Assembly: GCA_963749655.1 (NCBI GenBank) | Contig: CAVVOB010000023.1 | Coordinates: forward strand, 1 to 64,000 | Origin: Nitrospirota bacterium | Lineage (GTDB): Bacteria > Nitrospirota > UBA9217 | Direction of reading: 5' to 3' | DNA: 64,000 nt | Shown: in pieces, positions 19,516 to 29,242 of the stretch | Numbering within the stretch: position 1 is the first letter of the stretch | Layout of the letters: each line of letters opens with the position of its first letter | The notes under the pieces: generated by a model | Seen by the model: the letters and a program-made list of their open reading frames with translations, nothing else | What the model was told of the DNA's origin: nothing | Databases searched by the model: none | Program-made: the position numbers and the translations under genes

Positions 19516-20499
19516 TTATCCTCTTCCCAGTTTAAAAAGCAGGTTCTCTGCCACCAGCTGCGCGCTCGCACGCCGGTCGAGCATGGTCCTGCTCAGGGTA
19601 AACAGCTCAAGGTCCGCGAGCATTCCGGCCAGGGAAACCTGTTCTCCCCATTGCCGGTACCGCTCTCCGGCTCCCCGTTGCACGAGGAGCTGTTCATCGC
19701 CCGTCTCCCGGAAAACCATGGCGTCGCGGAGACACTCGACGCCGATATCGAGCAGGCGGTCGAAGCGTTCCCGGTCCTTGGAAAGGCCTTCGGCCAGGGC
19801 AAGGACCTCGTCATCGCCCATCCCGGGCAGGCTTGACCACAAGTCGAGTACGCCGTCCCGCTCTTTCTGCTCCTGTTCCGCGTCCATCTCGAGACCGCGG
19901 CCCATGCTCCCTTGCGCGAGCGCCGCGATGAACCAGGCGTCCTGCTCCGGCAGTCCGCGCTTGTTCATCAGCGCCTGCGCAAGCGTATGGCGGGGGAGCG
20001 GCTGAAACCGGATCTCCTGGCACCGCGAGCGGATCGTCGGCAGCAGGCTCTGCGGCATCGAGGTCACCAGGATGATCAGCGCGTCGCCGGGCGGCTCCTC
20101 CAGCGTCTTCAGGAAGGCATTGGAAGCGGCCGGGTTCATGCTTTCAGCGCCGTCTACGATCAGCGTCTTCTTGGCCCCTTCAAAGGGCCTGAGCGCCAGG
20201 TCCGCCTGGACCTGCCTGATCTGGTCGATCTTGATCTCGTCGCCGTCGGCAACGAGGACGTGAACATCGGGGTGCCCGCCGGCGGCAACCTTGCGGCAGG
20301 AAGGGCATTCGCCGCACCCGCCCTCCGGGCCCCGCTGCGGGCAGTTCACGGCCGCCGCCAGAGTCAGGGCCGTCAGCTTTTTTCCGATGCCCCGATCCCC
20401 TGAAAAGAGATAGGCATGGGCCATGGTTTCATTTGCCAGCGCTCTCTTCAGGATCGAGATCGGCCGTTCATGGCCCTGGATTTCGTTGAAAACCATCAT
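19516..20499 (-). CDS. holB: DNA polymerase III subunit delta'
   Basis: HAYLFSG, CGECPSC, HPDV, NAFLKTLEEPP, TIRSRC. Confidence 0.95.
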   Translation of the reverse strand: MMVFNEIQGHERPISILKRALANETMAHAYLFSGDRGIGKKLTALTLAAAVNCPQRGPEGGCGECPSCRKVAAGGHPDVHVLVADGDEIKIDQIRQVQADLALRPFEGAKKTLIVDGAESMNPAASNAFLKTLEEPPGDALIILVTSMPQSLLPTIRSRCQEIRFQPLPRHTLAQALMNKRGLPEQDAWFIAALAQGSMGRGLEMDAEQEQKERDGVLDLWSSLPGMGDDEVLALAEGLSKDRERFDRLLDIGVECLRDAMVFRETGDEQLLVQRGAGERYRQWGEQVSLAGMLADLELFTLSRTMLDRRASAQLVAENLLFKLGRG

Positions 20500-20567
20500 A
20501 TAAAAATTATACCGCGGTGTTCCCTCGGGGGACAAGCACCCGCAACTCAAAACTCAAGACTCATAAC

Positions 20568-21215
20568 TCACAACTGAGGCTTCAGCATTCCATCGACGAT
20601 CTTGCGAATGCGGCCCTGAATCTCTTCTTCCGTGGGCGAGGCATCGATGATGCGGAACCTTCCGGGGTCCCCTTTTGCCAGCTCCAGATAGCCCCGGCGC
20701 ACGCGTTCGTGAAAGAAGAGCTCCTCGTTTTCGAAGCGCGCCTCCGCTTCCAGGCCGCTTCTGCGGTTCCGGCCCCGTGCGCGCTCGAGCCCGCTCGCGG
20801 CATCGATGTCGAGCAGGACAGTGAGGTCGGGACGCATTCCGGTGGTCACGATCCTGTCGAGCTCGCCTATCAGGTCCAGGCTGAGCCCTCTCCCGAATCC
20901 CTGGTATGCCAGGGTGGCGTCGGAGAACCGGTCACAGAGCACGATCCTGCCTGCCGCGAGTGCGGGCGCGATCAGCTCCGCAAGATGCTGCGCCCGTGCT
21001 GCGGCGTAGAGAAGCAACTCTGACTTGGGGTCGAGTGCCGCGTTCGCCGGATCGAGCAGGATCTTGCGCACCTGGTCTCCGATGGGAGTGCCGCCGGGTT
21101 CACGCGTGAGCGTCACGGCCCTGCCGTGCGCAGTGAGATGGTTCGCCAGTCGAACGATCTGGGTGGACTTGCCGGTGCCCTCGATCCCCTCGAAGGTAAT
21201 GAACGTTCCCTTCAT
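20568..21215 (-). CDS. tmk: Thymidylate kinase
   Basis: FITFEGIEGTGKST, TREPGG, DRFSDATLAYQG. Confidence 0.97.
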   Translation of the reverse strand: MKGTFITFEGIEGTGKSTQIVRLANHLTAHGRAVTLTREPGGTPIGDQVRKILLDPANAALDPKSELLLYAAARAQHLAELIAPALAAGRIVLCDRFSDATLAYQGFGRGLSLDLIGELDRIVTTGMRPDLTVLLDIDAASGLERARGRNRRSGLEAEARFENEELFFHERVRRGYLELAKGDPGRFRIIDASPTEEEIQGRIRKIVDGMLKPQL

Positions 21216-23108
21216 TTACTTGAGTTCCGAAGCCGCGTCGGTCGCCGCCCTGAGCGCAGGGTTCGAGGTGAGAAGCACCACCTGGGTCTTTAAGCCGAGG
21301 GCCCGGAGGATCTGGCATGCGGCCTGCTGCCGGGCCGCATCGAACCCCGAAAGCGCATCGTCGAGAATGAACGGCAGCCTCCGCTTTCCGGCAATCGCTT
21401 CGATGAGGCCGGCCCGGAGGCAGAAGTAGATCAGCTCTTTTGTTCCGTGGCTCAACTCGCGGGAGTTCACCCGCGCGTCATCCTTGGTGTGTACAACGGG
21501 ATCGTTCCCCTGTCCCACTTCGATCCGTACGTACCTGCCGCCCGTGGCCGCGGACAGGTTCCGCTGGGCCGCGGCCTCCACGGCGGGAATGAGCGTTTCC
21601 ATTTCGATGCCGCCGATCCTGCTCGCAATACCGAGCTCGGCCGAAAAGCCCCCCTGGCCCGCAACCGGAGCGGCAGGCAGAAAATCCGCGGCAAACCCGC
21701 CCTCCTCGTCGCCCCAGGACGGCTCGGCAGGAGACGATTCCCCTTCCAGCCGCTCGATGTCCTGGCGGATGCTGTAGGTGTCCACGGCGTACTGGACGAC
21801 CGCTTTCGCCGCCTGCTCCAGGGCGAGGACCTCGGCATATTGCTTATCGAACTGTTCCTGCAGCATCTCCATGGTGACGTCGCCTGCTACGCGCTTTCGC
21901 GTTTCTTCGGCGTCGTTGCGGAGGGACAGGAAGTACCGGTAATTCTCGGCCTTCTCCTTCAGCTCCCCCACGCTGCCGACTCCCACCAGCCGCATGTAGC
22001 CCGCGATCGTAGCGCCCTCATGAACGAATTTCCGCTCCACGTCGATGCGCTCCTGCTCCAGGTCTTCGACATCCCTCTGGATCGCCCTGCGATGTGCGTT
22101 CTTGCGCGATCCGTTGTACCAGGCAACGGCCATCAGGATCAGGGAGAGGATGACACCGATGGGAAAATAGGGCCGGTACTCCTCGGTCAGCAGGAACATG
22201 CCGACTACGATCGACAGGACGAGCAGAATGGCGCCGAAAAGGAACAGCTTGTCGGTGAACAGGTTGACCGACGGCAGGCCGTCGTACTGCATTTTCAGCG
22301 CCTCAAGCTCGTTGTTCAGTTTCTCCGTTTCAATATGCTTCTGGCTCTCGCGCCGCTCGCGCTCCTCGATCAGCTCCGAAAGGTTCTCGGGAAGCGCCTC
22401 GCACCCCTTGAGCTCGGCCAGGGTCGCATCGATCTCGGCCGTCTTCTGGCCGGTCTCCTCGATAGACTGCATTTTTTTTCTGATCTCATCGAGCGCCAGC
22501 TTTGCGGACTGGTGCCGGTAATCGGCGTCCGCCGCCTCTTCAGCCTTCTTCAACGCCTCCCGCAGTTCGGCAAGCCGGGTCCCGTTGGCCGCTGTTGAGC
22601 CTGCGGCAGGCACGGCGGAGAGTTTCTCCTGCCGAACGAGCGGGGCCGCCGCGGAGAACGAGGCTGACGAACGGTCCGCATAATGCTCGCGCCGCAGCAG
22701 AAAGATCCGCGCAAAATCCTCTTCAGCGACACCCGAGGTCAACTGCGACATGAACTGGGCCGTATTGTCCCAGTCCTTGTACACCAGACTGAACTCCTTG
22801 GATGCGGCATTGTACTTGGAAAGGTTCACGGCGCGCTTTGAAAAGTCCTGGATCACCCGGTAGTACGCCCCATCATCGGAGCATACCACAAGCGCCCCGC
22901 GCGACGCATCGGGAGTGGACCTCGAAACGAACGAGGTGAATGCGTTCGCCTGCCCGGTCGGAAAAAGCAGCCGCTGCATGCTGTCCGCAGCCGTGGTCTT
23001 GCCCGCTTCGTTGCCCGCGGCGACGAAGTTGAAACCACTCTGGAACCGCAGACGCGCCGGTCCGCGGATGCCGCGCACGCCCTGCATCACTAGCTCCACG
23101 AGGAACAT
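21216..23108 (-). CDS. SMC/Rad50-like (YhaN-type) ATPase with two central TM helices
   Basis: AGNEAGKTT Walker A, coiled coils, LSHGTKE signature, FILDDALSGFD Walker B; ATG at 23108. Confidence 0.8.
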   Translation of the reverse strand: MFLVELVMQGVRGIRGPARLRFQSGFNFVAAGNEAGKTTAADSMQRLLFPTGQANAFTSFVSRSTPDASRGALVVCSDDGAYYRVIQDFSKRAVNLSKYNAASKEFSLVYKDWDNTAQFMSQLTSGVAEEDFARIFLLRREHYADRSSASFSAAAPLVRQEKLSAVPAAGSTAANGTRLAELREALKKAEEAADADYRHQSAKLALDEIRKKMQSIEETGQKTAEIDATLAELKGCEALPENLSELIEERERRESQKHIETEKLNNELEALKMQYDGLPSVNLFTDKLFLFGAILLVLSIVVGMFLLTEEYRPYFPIGVILSLILMAVAWYNGSRKNAHRRAIQRDVEDLEQERIDVERKFVHEGATIAGYMRLVGVGSVGELKEKAENYRYFLSLRNDAEETRKRVAGDVTMEMLQEQFDKQYAEVLALEQAAKAVVQYAVDTYSIRQDIERLEGESSPAEPSWGDEEGGFAADFLPAAPVAGQGGFSAELGIASRIGGIEMETLIPAVEAAAQRNLSAATGGRYVRIEVGQGNDPVVHTKDDARVNSRELSHGTKELIYFCLRAGLIEAIAGKRRLPFILDDALSGFDAARQQAACQILRALGLKTQVVLLTSNPALRAATDAASELK

Positions 23109-23188
23109 AGACCGAGCTCCTTTCTCCGACACATAATTTGTTACTATAACGCAAGTAGGCCGAAGTTGCAACGGGAAAATAGCCGATA

Positions 23189-24721
23189 TTACAGCATTTC
23201 CAGCGCTTTCGCGAGCGCTTCGGCCTTCTGGAGCGTTTCGGAATACTCCCGTGAAGGATCGGAGTCCGCGACGATGCCGGCCCCTACCTGGATGTGGGCA
23301 ACGCCGTCTTTCACGACAAAGGTCCTGATGATGATGTTCAGGTCCATGTCCCCGGCGTTCGAGAAATACCCGATCGATCCGGTATAGGGCCCCCGAGCCA
23401 CGGGCTCGAGCTCGTCGATGATCTCCATGCACCGCACCTTGGGAACGCCCGTGATCGTCCCGCCGGGGAATACGGCCCGCACCAGGTCGAAGGCGTCCCG
23501 CCCCGGCGCCAGCGTGCCGCGGACGTTTGACACGATATGGATCACATGGGAGTAGTCCTCGACCACCATCATCTCGTCCACGGCTACGGATCCGTATTCG
23601 CACACCTTACCGAGGTCGTTTCGTTCGAGATCGAGGAGCATGATGTGCTCGGCCCTCTCCTTCTCATTCGTCAGCAGCTCCGCTGACAGCTCGCGCATTT
23701 CCGTTGCGTCCGCCCCGCGGCGGCGGGTGCCTGCGATCGGCCTCGTATCGGAGACACCCTCCGTCAGGCGAATGAGCCGCTCGGGCGAAGAGCTCACCAG
23801 CTGCAGGTCCTTGAAGTCGAGGTACGCGGCAAAGGGCGAAGGGTTGACAGAACGAAGGATCCGGTACAGCCGGAGCGGATCCGCAGCGCCGATGGCCGCG
23901 GAAAGCCGCTGGGACAGATTGGCCTGGTAGATGTCTCCTGCTGCGATGTATTCCTTGCATTTCCGGACCATGCCCTCGAAGGTTTCACGGGAAAGGTAAG
24001 GCGTGACGACGATGCCCTGAGCGCTCCGACCAGTCGCCGGAGAAGTGTCAGGTGCCGGAGTCGCTGTCTTCAGACGTTCAATCGCGTCCCGTAACCGTCC
24101 GGAGGCCTGGTCATAGAGTCCGTTCCACTGTCCAGCCTCGGGCTTGCGGAACCCCAGCTCCTGCTCGCGCGCGCCGGGGTTCACGATCACCCACGCCCGC
24201 CCCAGAAGATGGTCAAAGGCCACGACGAGATCGACGAAGATGAAATACGCTTCAGGAATATCCAGGTCCGCTGCAGCGAGCCTGGGAAGGTTTTCGAACT
24301 GGTGAACGAAATCATAGGAGAAAAAGCCGACAGCTCCTCCGGTAAAGGGGGGAAGGCCCGGGAGCCGCTCCGTTCGATAATTGCCGAGCAGCTCCCGAAG
24401 CTTCAGGAGCGGTTTCCTTTTCGTCGCGGCCCGTCTGCCGTATTTTCCTGCCGGCGTCTCGGGCAGGATAAGCTCCACGGTCTCTCCGCGTGACTTGAAG
24501 ATCAGGTAGGGGTCTGCAGTAACAAAGGAATACCGGCCGGTCTTGTCGTTCACGCGGGCGCTTTCGAGCAGGACGGGGTAACCCGCCGGCCTCAGCGCGT
24601 CGAGCGCCGCAAGGGGTGTCAATCCCGGCATGTCGAGCTCAACCACGAGAGGCGTAATCCTTCCGTCTGCTATTCGCTCGAGAAATTCTTTTTTTGAAGG
24701 GCTGACGATATTCATGTGCAA
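23189..24721 (-). CDS. Aminodeoxychorismate/anthranilate synthase component I
   Basis: LLES, GDIYQANLSQR, SSPERL, TRPIAGT, KERAEHIML, FPGGTITGVPK; the PIAGT motif and context do not separate pabB from trpE. Confidence 0.9.
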   Translation of the reverse strand: MHMNIVSPSKKEFLERIADGRITPLVVELDMPGLTPLAALDALRPAGYPVLLESARVNDKTGRYSFVTADPYLIFKSRGETVELILPETPAGKYGRRAATKRKPLLKLRELLGNYRTERLPGLPPFTGGAVGFFSYDFVHQFENLPRLAAADLDIPEAYFIFVDLVVAFDHLLGRAWVIVNPGAREQELGFRKPEAGQWNGLYDQASGRLRDAIERLKTATPAPDTSPATGRSAQGIVVTPYLSRETFEGMVRKCKEYIAAGDIYQANLSQRLSAAIGAADPLRLYRILRSVNPSPFAAYLDFKDLQLVSSSPERLIRLTEGVSDTRPIAGTRRRGADATEMRELSAELLTNEKERAEHIMLLDLERNDLGKVCEYGSVAVDEMMVVEDYSHVIHIVSNVRGTLAPGRDAFDLVRAVFPGGTITGVPKVRCMEIIDELEPVARGPYTGSIGYFSNAGDMDLNIIIRTFVVKDGVAHIQVGAGIVADSDPSREYSETLQKAEALAKALEML

Positions 24722-24927
24722 GGTGGTGAAATTGTAAGGATAAATGACGGAGTGGTCAAGACAATTCTGTTTCCCCGAAAAAAAATCGCTTCCGTCCCGG
24801 AAAATTCAGAGGACCGATCCGGTGAGCACCAAAACCCGTTCTTCGCGACAGATCAACCTCACCGCCGCTGGATCCAGTCAGGGATAAAAAAGATGTTTTA
24901 CCTGCTCTTTGCCGATTAAATATCTTA

Positions 24928-24955
24928 TGGACAGGATGCCGAAATGTGGTATAGT
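24928..24955 (+). promoter_or_regulatory. Sigma70-type promoter with extended -10
   Basis: TGGACA-N16-TATAGT with TG at the extended -10 position; no ORF follows for ~500 nt. Confidence 0.6.
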
Positions 24956-24965
24956 TTAATCAGAA

Positions 24966-25003
24966 GGGTTTCAGCGAAAAGATTTTGAAACTCGTTCTTT
25001 GAC
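24966..25003 (+). promoter_or_regulatory. boxB-like hairpin plus boxA-like antitermination element
   Basis: GGGTTTCA-N12-TGAAACTC hairpin followed directly by GTTCTTTGACA, resembling rrn boxA (GCTCTTTAACA). Confidence 0.45.
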
Positions 25004-25020
25004 AGGAAGAAAAGTTCGTC

Positions 25021-25327
25021 GGGCGTTGCCGAACCAGCACCGATAGGTGTCCAGATGATGACCCGTTATAAAGGGGATCAGGCACCGCTTTGATGGAGAG
25101 CCGAAGCCGGCAAGAGGGCTGCAAGTTGAGCGGCCCGTCTCCCGGTCTTCTCTACAGGCAACCATCAAAACGGAAGAGCCGAAACCCCTAAGCCGCGGCG
25201 TTACCAGGGAAGAGTCATACACACAACGCTTCACAGGGTCTGCTAGTCAGAGCCGCAGAAGCAGGTTGGACTTCCCCAGGAAAACACGGCTCAGCGGAAT
25301 ATCAAGACCGGTTCGCAGGCAACGCCT
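25021..25327 (+). ncRNA. Large structured non-coding RNA candidate (~310 nt), family unassigned
   Basis: Ends pair (GGGCGTTGCC-GAACC with GGTTC-GCA-GGCAACGCCT); several nested helices; own promoter; U-rich tract after the closing stem; no credible ORF. Confidence 0.7.
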
Positions 25328-25484
25328 CTTTTTGTTCCTTTTCCGTCCTTTCACCTGCAAGATAATCCGCTTGCTTCCGCACCGAAAATCAGGATCGCTC
25401 ACCGGCCCGAATCCGTTCATCTTCTCCTCGACAAAATACTCAAAATATTCTACACTGCTGTAGCAGCCCGACAGGAGATGATTG

Positions 25485-25877
25485 ATGAACCATGCCATGG
25501 ACGTGAAGATCTACTACGAAGACACCGACTGCGGCGGGGTGGTGTACTACGCCAACTACCTGCGGTACATGGAGCGGGCGCGGACCGAGTATCTTGCCTC
25601 GCGAGGGCTTTCGGTGAAGACCCTCATGGATGAAGGCACGATCTTCATGGTGCTTCGCGTCGAGGTCGACTACAAGTCCCCGGCCCGGTACGGCGACGTC
25701 ATCGAGATCGAGACCTGGGTGCGGGACGTGACCCGGGCGACGATGATGTTCGAGCACATCATGCGCGACAAGGCGACCGGGAGGACCTTCGTGGAATGTC
25801 GCGCACGGATGGTCTTTGTCGACGGGAACGCCAAGCCCCGGCGCATTCCCGCGGAGACCGTGGAAAAGGTAAAATGA
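25485..25877 (+). CDS. ybgC: YbgC/FadM-family acyl-CoA thioesterase
   Basis: KIYYEDTDCGGVVYYANYLRYMERAR hot-dog motif; RBS AGGAG. Confidence 0.9.
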   Translation: MNHAMDVKIYYEDTDCGGVVYYANYLRYMERARTEYLASRGLSVKTLMDEGTIFMVLRVEVDYKSPARYGDVIEIETWVRDVTRATMMFEHIMRDKATGRTFVECRARMVFVDGNAKPRRIPAETVEKVK

Positions 25878-26605
25878 CCGTCGTGACCCTCGACAGCATC
25901 TCGCTCCGGGGCGCGGGTACAATACGAATCGCGCAGCCGAAAAAGGGGGTCCGCTTCACCCTCGACAGCCTGCTCCTTGCCGACTTCTGCCGTCTGCGGC
26001 CGCGCGACCGGGTCCTCGAGCTCGGCGCGGGAACAGGGATCATTTCCCTTCTGCTGGCGAAAAAATACCCCCGTGCTCTTGTCACGTCGATCGAGCTCGA
26101 GCCTCTTGCCTACGGGTTGCTCTGCCGAAATATCGAAGACAACGGCTGCACAAGCCGTGTGGTCCCGCTGAACCGCGATATCGGGAATTTGGGCCGGACG
26201 GTTGCGCCCCATTCACCGGACGCCATCGTCGTCAACCCGCCGTACACGCGGACGGGCGCGGGCAAGGCAAGCCCCACCGGGGAGCGGCACACGGCGCGAC
26301 ATGACCAGGCAGCCGCTCTTCCCCTCTGGCTCGACTGCTGCAACCTCCTGAAGAACAAGGGCAGGTTCTTTCTCGTCTTTCCCGCCGCCCGCCTGGGCGA
26401 GCTGACGACGCTCCTGCGGGACCGGCGCCTGGAACCCAAACGCCTCCGCTTTGTCCACCCCTATGAACAGAAACCCGCCGCGCTCGTATTGATCGAAGCC
26501 GTAAAAAATGTGAATGCAGGCCTCGAGGTCCTTCCTCCCCTCGTGGTGCATGGGCCCGGCGGCGCATATACCGACGAGGCCCGCGGCATCTACGGCCTTT
26601 CCTGA
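25874..26605 (+). CDS. tRNA1(Val) A37 N6-methyltransferase-like (TrmN6/YfiC/YabB)
   Basis: RFTLDSLLLADF, LELGAGTG, NPPY, EPKRLRFVH. Confidence 0.85.
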   Translation: MTVVTLDSISLRGAGTIRIAQPKKGVRFTLDSLLLADFCRLRPRDRVLELGAGTGIISLLLAKKYPRALVTSIELEPLAYGLLCRNIEDNGCTSRVVPLNRDIGNLGRTVAPHSPDAIVVNPPYTRTGAGKASPTGERHTARHDQAAALPLWLDCCNLLKNKGRFFLVFPAARLGELTTLLRDRRLEPKRLRFVHPYEQKPAALVLIEAVKNVNAGLEVLPPLVVHGPGGAYTDEARGIYGLS

Positions 26606-26767
26606 TTTTTTTACATCTGCTCGCCCCTGACCTCGATCATCTCTCCGGATAACTGTGATATAGTTATTAAAGAATGGTCTGCTGACCAAAGGGAATCCTG
26701 CTCAAGTATTATTTTCTACGGCAGCGCAACTTTCAGCATGGGATGTTTTCATCAAAGGAGGCGGTTC

Positions 26768-27973
26768 ATGGGAGACCTTTCGTACCCTTATGTGATCGTG
26801 GGTGGCGGCTTGGCCGGAGCATCGGCAGTAGAAGGCATCAGGGAGCTGGATCGTGAGGGAGACATCCTGCTCATCAGCAGCGAGAGCCACCTGCCCTATG
26901 ACCGGCCGCCGCTTTCGAAAAAACTCTGGTTCGGAAAGAAGAAGGTCGAGGACATTTTTCTTCACGACCAGAACTTTTACGACGCAAAAGGAGTGACCAT
27001 CCTGTCCGGCGAAACGGTGCTCTCGCTCGACCCGAAAGGGAAGACGGTTTCCACGTCCGGAGGAAAGCAGTACCGCTTTCGGAAGCTCCTTCTCGCCATT
27101 GGCGGCGCGCCGCGGACCCTGCCCATTCCGGGCGGGGACCTCGAAGGCATTTCTTACTACCGCACCCTGGACGATTACCTGAGGCTCAGGAAGGAATCCG
27201 GGGAGGGTAAATCGGCGGTCGTGATCGGCGGAGGATTCATCGGATCGGAAATGGCGGCGGCCCTTGCCGCAAACAAGGTCAAGGTCACCATGATCTTTCC
27301 CGAGGCTTATCTCGTAAACCGCGTGCTCCCTGAATCCCTGGGCCGGGCGATCCAGGACCAGTACCGGGCGAAGGGGATCACTATTCTTAATAATGAACGG
27401 CCGGTCTCCTTCACGAAGAAAGCAGGCCGGTTCGTGACCAGGACCGAGAGCGGCAAAGAAATAGAATCCGACATCCTTGTCGTCGGCATCGGCATCGCGC
27501 CCGCCCTCGAGCTTCCCCGCAGGGCGGGACTCCAGACGGCCGACGGGATCATCGTAGACGAATTCCTCCAGGCTTCCCTTCCGGACATCTACGCTGCCGG
27601 AGACATCGCCTTTTTCCCCTACCAGGCGCTGGGAAAGCAGACCCGGGTCGAGCACTGGGACAATGCCGTCAACCAGGGCAAATGGGCGGGCCGCAACATG
27701 GCCGGCGCGCGCAGTTCTTATACGTACATGCCTTATTTTTTCTCCGACCTCTTCGAGTTCGGATACGAGGCAGTCGGAGAGGTGGATGCCCGGCTCGATA
27801 CCTTTGCCGACTGGCAAAAGGAGAACGACACCGGCGTCATCTACTACCTGCGGGACGGAAAAGTGCGGGGAGCCATGATGTGCAACCTGTGGGATAAAGT
27901 GGAGGCCGCGCGCGTCCTGATCAGAAAAGGTGAGCAGATAACGAAGGAAGGACTTCGCGGTTTGATCCGCTGA
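26768..27973 (+). CDS. FAD/NAD(P)-dependent oxidoreductase (ferredoxin reductase/MDHAR-like)
   Basis: GGGLAG, PYDRPPLSK, GGGFIGSE, IYAAGD, RVEHWDNA. Confidence 0.9.
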   Translation: MGDLSYPYVIVGGGLAGASAVEGIRELDREGDILLISSESHLPYDRPPLSKKLWFGKKKVEDIFLHDQNFYDAKGVTILSGETVLSLDPKGKTVSTSGGKQYRFRKLLLAIGGAPRTLPIPGGDLEGISYYRTLDDYLRLRKESGEGKSAVVIGGGFIGSEMAAALAANKVKVTMIFPEAYLVNRVLPESLGRAIQDQYRAKGITILNNERPVSFTKKAGRFVTRTESGKEIESDILVVGIGIAPALELPRRAGLQTADGIIVDEFLQASLPDIYAAGDIAFFPYQALGKQTRVEHWDNAVNQGKWAGRNMAGARSSYTYMPYFFSDLFEFGYEAVGEVDARLDTFADWQKENDTGVIYYLRDGKVRGAMMCNLWDKVEAARVLIRKGEQITKEGLRGLIR

Positions 27974-28107
27974 AAAGACGACTTAAAACGCAGAGGCGCC
28001 CGGAGCACTTTACGGGATCCGGCAAGAACCGCTTCGTTCTACCGACGAGAGGCGGTTGCTTCGATGCAACGGCTCCTGTCCCGGGCGCGTAAGAAGTGGA
28101 GGCTATT

Positions 28108-28431
28108 ATGACAAGCACCGAACTGGCAGCACAACCAATACCGAACGAGATTCGACCCCTTGTGCGGAAAGAGGTCGACGAGCTCATGCACGATATACCG
28201 CAGTGGACGCGGGGAGTGAACGCCATCGTGCGGGAATTCCGATTCAAGAGCTTCCCCGAGGCCATGGAATTCGTAAGCAGGGTGGCCACGCTCGCCCACG
28301 AGCAGGACCATCATCCCGACATCTTCATCTCCTATAACAGGGTGCAGCTGACCCTGTCTACGCACAAGCTGAAAAGCCTGACCATGAACGATTTTATCCT
28401 GGCCGCGAAGATCGACCGTTTGATGCCGTGA
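28108..28431 (+). CDS. Pterin-4a-carbinolamine dehydratase
   Basis: FKSFPEAMEF, DHHPDI, LSTH, NDFILAAKID. Confidence 0.9.
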   Translation: MTSTELAAQPIPNEIRPLVRKEVDELMHDIPQWTRGVNAIVREFRFKSFPEAMEFVSRVATLAHEQDHHPDIFISYNRVQLTLSTHKLKSLTMNDFILAAKIDRLMP

Positions 28432-28450
28432 AGATATCGGGAGCGCACAG

Positions 28451-29242
28451 ATGACAGGACATACGGGTGGACAGAACGCGGTCCGTCGGACCCTGAAGGG
28501 GAGGACTGCGCTTATCACCGGCGCGAGCAAACGCATCGGCCGGGCCCTTGCCATCGCACTGGCGGAAGAGGGAGTGCATATCATTGCCCACGACCGCAAG
28601 GCCCGCGAAACCGAGACCGTGAAGGTGTGCGGAGAGGTCGAGGACTGCGGGGCGAAATCCTGGAAGGTCCTCGCCGACCTCGAGCAGCCCGCGGACTACG
28701 AGTCGCTGATCGCCCAGGCGCTCCAGACGGCCGGCTCCCTCGACATCCTGGTGAACAACGCATCGATCTTCTCCCCGGCCACGCTCAGGGACGTCGGGTG
28801 GAGCGACCTGACACGCAACCTGCAGGTGAACGCGTGGGCGCCCTTTGTGTTGAGCCGTGAATTCGCCCGTCTCGTACCGAGGGGCGGCATCATCAACCTT
28901 CTCGATACGAAGATCGAGGGCGGCGACCGCAGCCATGTGGCCTACATCCTGAGCAAGCAGGCCCTGGCGTCGCTGACCAGGATGTGCGCGCTCGAATTCG
29001 CCCCCGCGATCACGGTGAACGCCGTGGCCCCCGGCCTCATTCTCCCTCCTACGGGAAAAGACGAGGAATACCTGAACCAGCTGGCGAAGACCCTGCCGCT
29101 CAAGCGGCACGGCGGCCCTGGTGATATTGCGGATGCGGCGATCTACCTGCTGAAAAGCGAATTTGTGACCGGCCAGATCATTTATGTGGACGGCGGGCGG
29201 CACCTTCTGGAGGGCGGCAATGGACCGGATCGTAATCTCTGA
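28451..29242 (+). CDS. Pteridine reductase-like SDR (FolM/PTR1 family)
   Basis: TGASKRIG, NNASIF, YxxSK, VNAVAPG, VDGGRHL; directly upstream of folB. Confidence 0.85.
   Translation: MTGHTGGQNAVRRTLKGRTALITGASKRIGRALAIALAEEGVHIIAHDRKARETETVKVCGEVEDCGAKSWKVLADLEQPADYESLIAQALQTAGSLDILVNNASIFSPATLRDVGWSDLTRNLQVNAWAPFVLSREFARLVPRGGIINLLDTKIEGGDRSHVAYILSKQALASLTRMCALEFAPAITVNAVAPGLILPPTGKDEEYLNQLAKTLPLKRHGGPGDIADAAIYLLKSEFVTGQIIYVDGGRHLLEGGNGPDRNL

Noticed and set aside
23109-23603. N-terminal 165 aa of the 795-aa ORF
   Set aside because: Overlaps the pabB-like gene in another frame; the ATPase domain starts at ATG 23108.
25021-25327. tmRNA, RNase P RNA, SRP RNA, 6S RNA or rRNA fragment
   Set aside because: No tRNA-like acceptor/T-arm ends, no RNase P P4 consensus, no SRP helix-8 motif; longer and more branched than 6S; no rRNA conserved sequence. 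Not formally excluded without cmscan.
24971-25498. Short ORFs 24971-25234, 25247-25498 and 25266-25463 as genes
   Set aside because: No RBS or recognisable motifs; they overlap the structured RNA candidate.
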